Shown piece by piece: positions 61,559 to 64,000 of a stretch of 64,000 bases of DNA. Every line of letters begins with the position of its first letter. Position 1 is the stretch's first letter. The notes beneath the pieces are model-generated. The model ran no database searches, was not told the origin of the DNA, and saw only the letters and a list, made by a program, of their open reading frames with translations. This stretch comes from Acidimicrobiia bacterium (GTDB taxonomy: Bacteria; Actinomycetota; Acidimicrobiia; IMCC26256; JAENVU01), in contig JANPMG010000169.1 in the NCBI GenBank assembly GCA_031422675.1, forward strand, positions 2,681-66,680, given 5' to 3'. The position numbers and the translations under genes are program-made.

Positions 61559-63118
61559 TCAGGCAGGAATGTCCATCGGCATCTTTGCCGAAGACTTGCG
61601 CGATCGGATCACACCGACGATCCAGGCGCCGTCGTCGCCGAGGGTCAGAGCCGGCCGGAGGAACCAGGCCAGGCCCAAGGCCCCCACTGCGCTCAGGACG
61701 CCACCGGCCACCACCAGCGCGTTCGCGAGCTGACCGCCACCGAGGTCGGCGTCTCGAAGCGCCAGCACCGTGGGGATGCTCACGAGCGCGACCAAGGCGG
61801 CGAGAGCGACCCCGCGCAGCTGGCGGGAGGCGAACCGCAACCATGAGATTCCGGCGGTCTGGAGACTCAGGTGGGCCATCAGGAGATAGTTGAGGACGAT
61901 GGCGCTCGTCACACCGACGGCGACCCATCCCAGCCCGTACCGAGTGCCGATCGACGCACCCACCACGACTGCGACCGCGTACGCACCCTGACGCCACGCC
62001 CGCCGGTACACGGTTCCCATCGCGCGTGCCAGCGAGTCGCTGATCTTGTAGCTGGTCCGGAAGAGGAGCCCGCCCGCCATCACCTGGAACGGGAGGACGA
62101 CGTCGTCCCACTTGGATCCGGCACCGAGCAGGAGATGGATGATCTCCGGCGCCAGCAAGACCGCGAGCACCGATCCCGGCACCGTGAGGATCGAGACGAG
62201 CGAGACACCCCGCAGGTACGCGGCCGCCACCCGCTCGCGATCGTCCTGGAAGCGCGCCAGAACCGGGAAGATCACCCGGTCCATGACCTGGCCGAGCATC
62301 TGGGCAGGGAACGCAGCGAGCAGGTACGCGTTCTTGTACACGCCCAGCGCCGAGGCGCGCATCTGGTTGCCGACGACGCTGTTGTCACCGTTCAACGCCA
62401 GGAAGTTGAAGACGCGCGCAACGGTCATCCCCCCTGCGTAGACGAGAAGGTCCTTGGACTCTCGCCGGCGCGGCCGCAACGATCGCGGGTGTGAGCGGCG
62501 AGCCACCAAGATCCCGGTGAGCAGCGCCGCCTGCGCCAGCTGCGCGATCACGATCGACCACACGCCGGCGCCGCCCACCGCGAGGACAACCCCGACGAGC
62601 GCGAAACCGAAGAAGTACGACACCGCCTCGGCGATGGCGATCGACTTGAAATCAAGATCGCGCTGCAGCATCGCCATGGCGACCACGCCCGGCGCCTGGA
62701 GCGCGAAGACGAAGGCCAGCCCGCGCACGATGCCCTCCATCCGTGGTTGATGGAAGAACCACGCGGCGAGCGGCGCGCCGGCGAAGACCAGCACGGTCAT
62801 GAGCAACCCGGTGATCATGGACAGCGCGAAGGCGGTGCGCACGTGCTCGTCGGTCAATTTCTCGCGCTGGATGACCGCCGGTCCGAAGCCGGCCTCGGTG
62901 AAGAGCTGGCCAAGCGCGATCACGATGACCGCGGCCCCGACCAATCCGTTGTCGGTCTTGGTCAGGTACCGCGCGAACACGATGACGACGAGGAACTGCC
63001 CGATGCCCTGCGAACCGAATCCGATACCCGACCACACCATCCCGCCGAGCGCCCGGCGCGCAGTACTCCCGGTTTTGGGGCTCTCGGGTTTGGGTGCTAC
63101 CGATTCCGCTTCACTCAC
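61559..63118 (-). CDS. Polysaccharide flippase (Wzx/MOP superfamily)
   Basis: About 12-14 TM helices and MOP-flippase-like N-terminal helices. GTG at 63118 overlaps the upstream gene stop (GTGA). The longer track ORF start at 63313 is inside the neighbouring gene. Confidence 0.7.
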   Translation of the reverse strand: MSEAESVAPKPESPKTGSTARRALGGMVWSGIGFGSQGIGQFLVVIVFARYLTKTDNGLVGAAVIVIALGQLFTEAGFGPAVIQREKLTDEHVRTAFALSMITGLLMTVLVFAGAPLAAWFFHQPRMEGIVRGLAFVFALQAPGVVAMAMLQRDLDFKSIAIAEAVSYFFGFALVGVVLAVGGAGVWSIVIAQLAQAALLTGILVARRSHPRSLRPRRRESKDLLVYAGGMTVARVFNFLALNGDNSVVGNQMRASALGVYKNAYLLAAFPAQMLGQVMDRVIFPVLARFQDDRERVAAAYLRGVSLVSILTVPGSVLAVLLAPEIIHLLLGAGSKWDDVVLPFQVMAGGLLFRTSYKISDSLARAMGTVYRRAWRQGAYAVAVVVGASIGTRYGLGWVAVGVTSAIVLNYLLMAHLSLQTAGISWLRFASRQLRGVALAALVALVSIPTVLALRDADLGGGQLANALVVAGGVLSAVGALGLAWFLRPALTLGDDGAWIVGVIRSRKSSAKMPMDIPA

Positions 63119-63999
63119 GTCCTCGCTCCGACCGACACCTCGGCGCTCGGACTCGCACGCCGCACCTGCTCGGCTCGGACGAGCGCCAGGGCGAGGAACA
63201 GCCAGAAGTGCCGATAGTGCGCCGTCTCTCGGAAGAAACTGCCGAAGATGTACGCGAACACCATGGCGCGGGCCTGGGTACCGGGTGGGCAGAGCCGGAT
63301 CATGACGAACCACATCAGGAGCAGTCCGAAGAACCCGATCACACCTCGTTCCACAAGGTACGCAAGGGGCTCATTGTGCAGTTCTGTCTCGAGCGTATTG
63401 AGGTCGAGACCCCGAACGGTCCCAGGCCCCACGCCCCACGGCGCGTCGGGGAGCTTCGCGATCGCTTCTTCCCACACCGCCACCCGTAGACCGCCGCTGC
63501 GATCGAACCGCGCTTGATTGAATCCGCTCTTGTCGTCACCACGGAGCTCGCTGAAGGCGAAGAACCCGGCCATGACCATGAGCAGGATCGGGATCACTGC
63601 CACCAACCGTCGACCGCGCATCAGATTTCGAGCCTGGTCCACGTGCGTCAACGCCAGGTAGCCGAATCCGATGCCGAGCTGGAGCATCGCTCCGAACGAG
63701 GCTGCGGCCAAGAGTCCGACCACCGCAATGCCACCGACGAGAAACTTCGTCGTCGCCCGGAAGGGCGCCCCGGCCCAGCAGAGCAGTCCCATCGCGAGCA
63801 GGTTCGCGGCCACATTCGGATTGGGAAACGTCCCGCTGGCCCGCAGTTCGTCGCCGCCCGACGAGGCCAGCTGCACCGCGCCGAACAGGATGCCAATTCC
63901 CAACGCGACGTAACAGAAGCGCACCGCACGCGGTCCGCCCCGGCGCAGGATGTCGACCGCCGCCAGGAAGGCGAGGATGACCGCGATGTCTCGGATCAC
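63115..63999 (-). CDS. O-antigen ligase/polymerase-like (Wzy/WaaL family) membrane protein, 5' end outside the window
   Basis: Polytopic, with a loop containing ..NEPLAYLVERGVIGFFGLLL.. typical of the O-antigen ligase domain. No start codon inside the window. Confidence 0.6.
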   Translation of the reverse strand: MIRDIAVILAFLAAVDILRRGGPRAVRFCYVALGIGILFGAVQLASSGGDELRASGTFPNPNVAANLLAMGLLCWAGAPFRATTKFLVGGIAVVGLLAAASFGAMLQLGIGFGYLALTHVDQARNLMRGRRLVAVIPILLMVMAGFFAFSELRGDDKSGFNQARFDRSGGLRVAVWEEAIAKLPDAPWGVGPGTVRGLDLNTLETELHNEPLAYLVERGVIGFFGLLLMWFVMIRLCPPGTQARAMVFAYIFGSFFRETAHYRHFWLFLALALVRAEQVRRASPSAEVSVGART

Positions 64000-64000
64000 G

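Overview
Very GC-rich, densely coding chromosomal segment, most likely from an actinobacterium. The evidence for that placement is mshA for mycothiol, a rex-hemA-hemC-cobA/hemD-hemB-hemL block, a SigK/RskA-type pair and an RsiG-like protein; any finer placement is inference. I call about 70 protein genes (two cut by the window edges), one tRNA-Lys(UUU), several short tandem or inverted repeats, and a few candidate operators and promoters. I recognised no rRNA, CRISPR array, transposase, integrase or prophage genes.

Gene order:
- 1-4.2 kb: a split (b6f-like) cytochrome b / subunit IV / Rieske / dihaem cytochrome c operon, followed by two unknown membrane proteins.
- 4.2-11.6 kb: the haem/sirohaem operon headed by rex.
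- 11.7-20 kb: a membrane protein, acyl-CoA ligase, secreted CAP-domain protein, ECF sigma plus RskA-like anti-sigma, SAM hydroxide adenosyltransferase, proC, a YbjN-like gene and mshA.
- 20-26 kb: an RsiG-like/XRE pair, sodA, DUF1295, moaD, a MaoC dehydratase, Lon-N, SirB1 and a Fur-family regulator.
- 26-30 kb: a copper cluster (ycnI, copCD, ZAS anti-sigma) with a divergent ECF sigma.
- 30-33 kb: HIT protein and znuA / znuCB.
- 33-44 kb: three SDR genes, mmsA, potABCD, an aminoaldehyde dehydrogenase and a class-III aminotransferase.
- 44.5-48.7 kb: ABM monooxygenase, vapBC and bioA-bioF-bioD.
- 48.8-53.5 kb: lrp, an aminotransferase, ald and an APC permease.
- 53.5-57.6 kb: a USP gene, csrA, a pseudo-receiver LuxR regulator, and two P450 genes flanking the tRNA.
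- 57.6-64 kb: a secreted Calx-beta protein, two P-loop kinase-like genes (one fused to a nucleotidyltransferase), a Wzx-like flippase and an O-antigen-ligase-like gene.

Most worth a second look:
1. The RsiG-like c-di-GMP-motif protein coupled to an XRE regulator.
2. The anti-sigma-led copper operon.
3. The nucleotidyltransferase/kinase pair at the polysaccharide locus.
4. A csrA gene in this lineage.
5. A duplicated hemC/cobA junction that creates a uORF.
6. A composite palindrome/repeat element between bioA and bioF.

All functional calls come from reading motifs in the translations. No database search was run.
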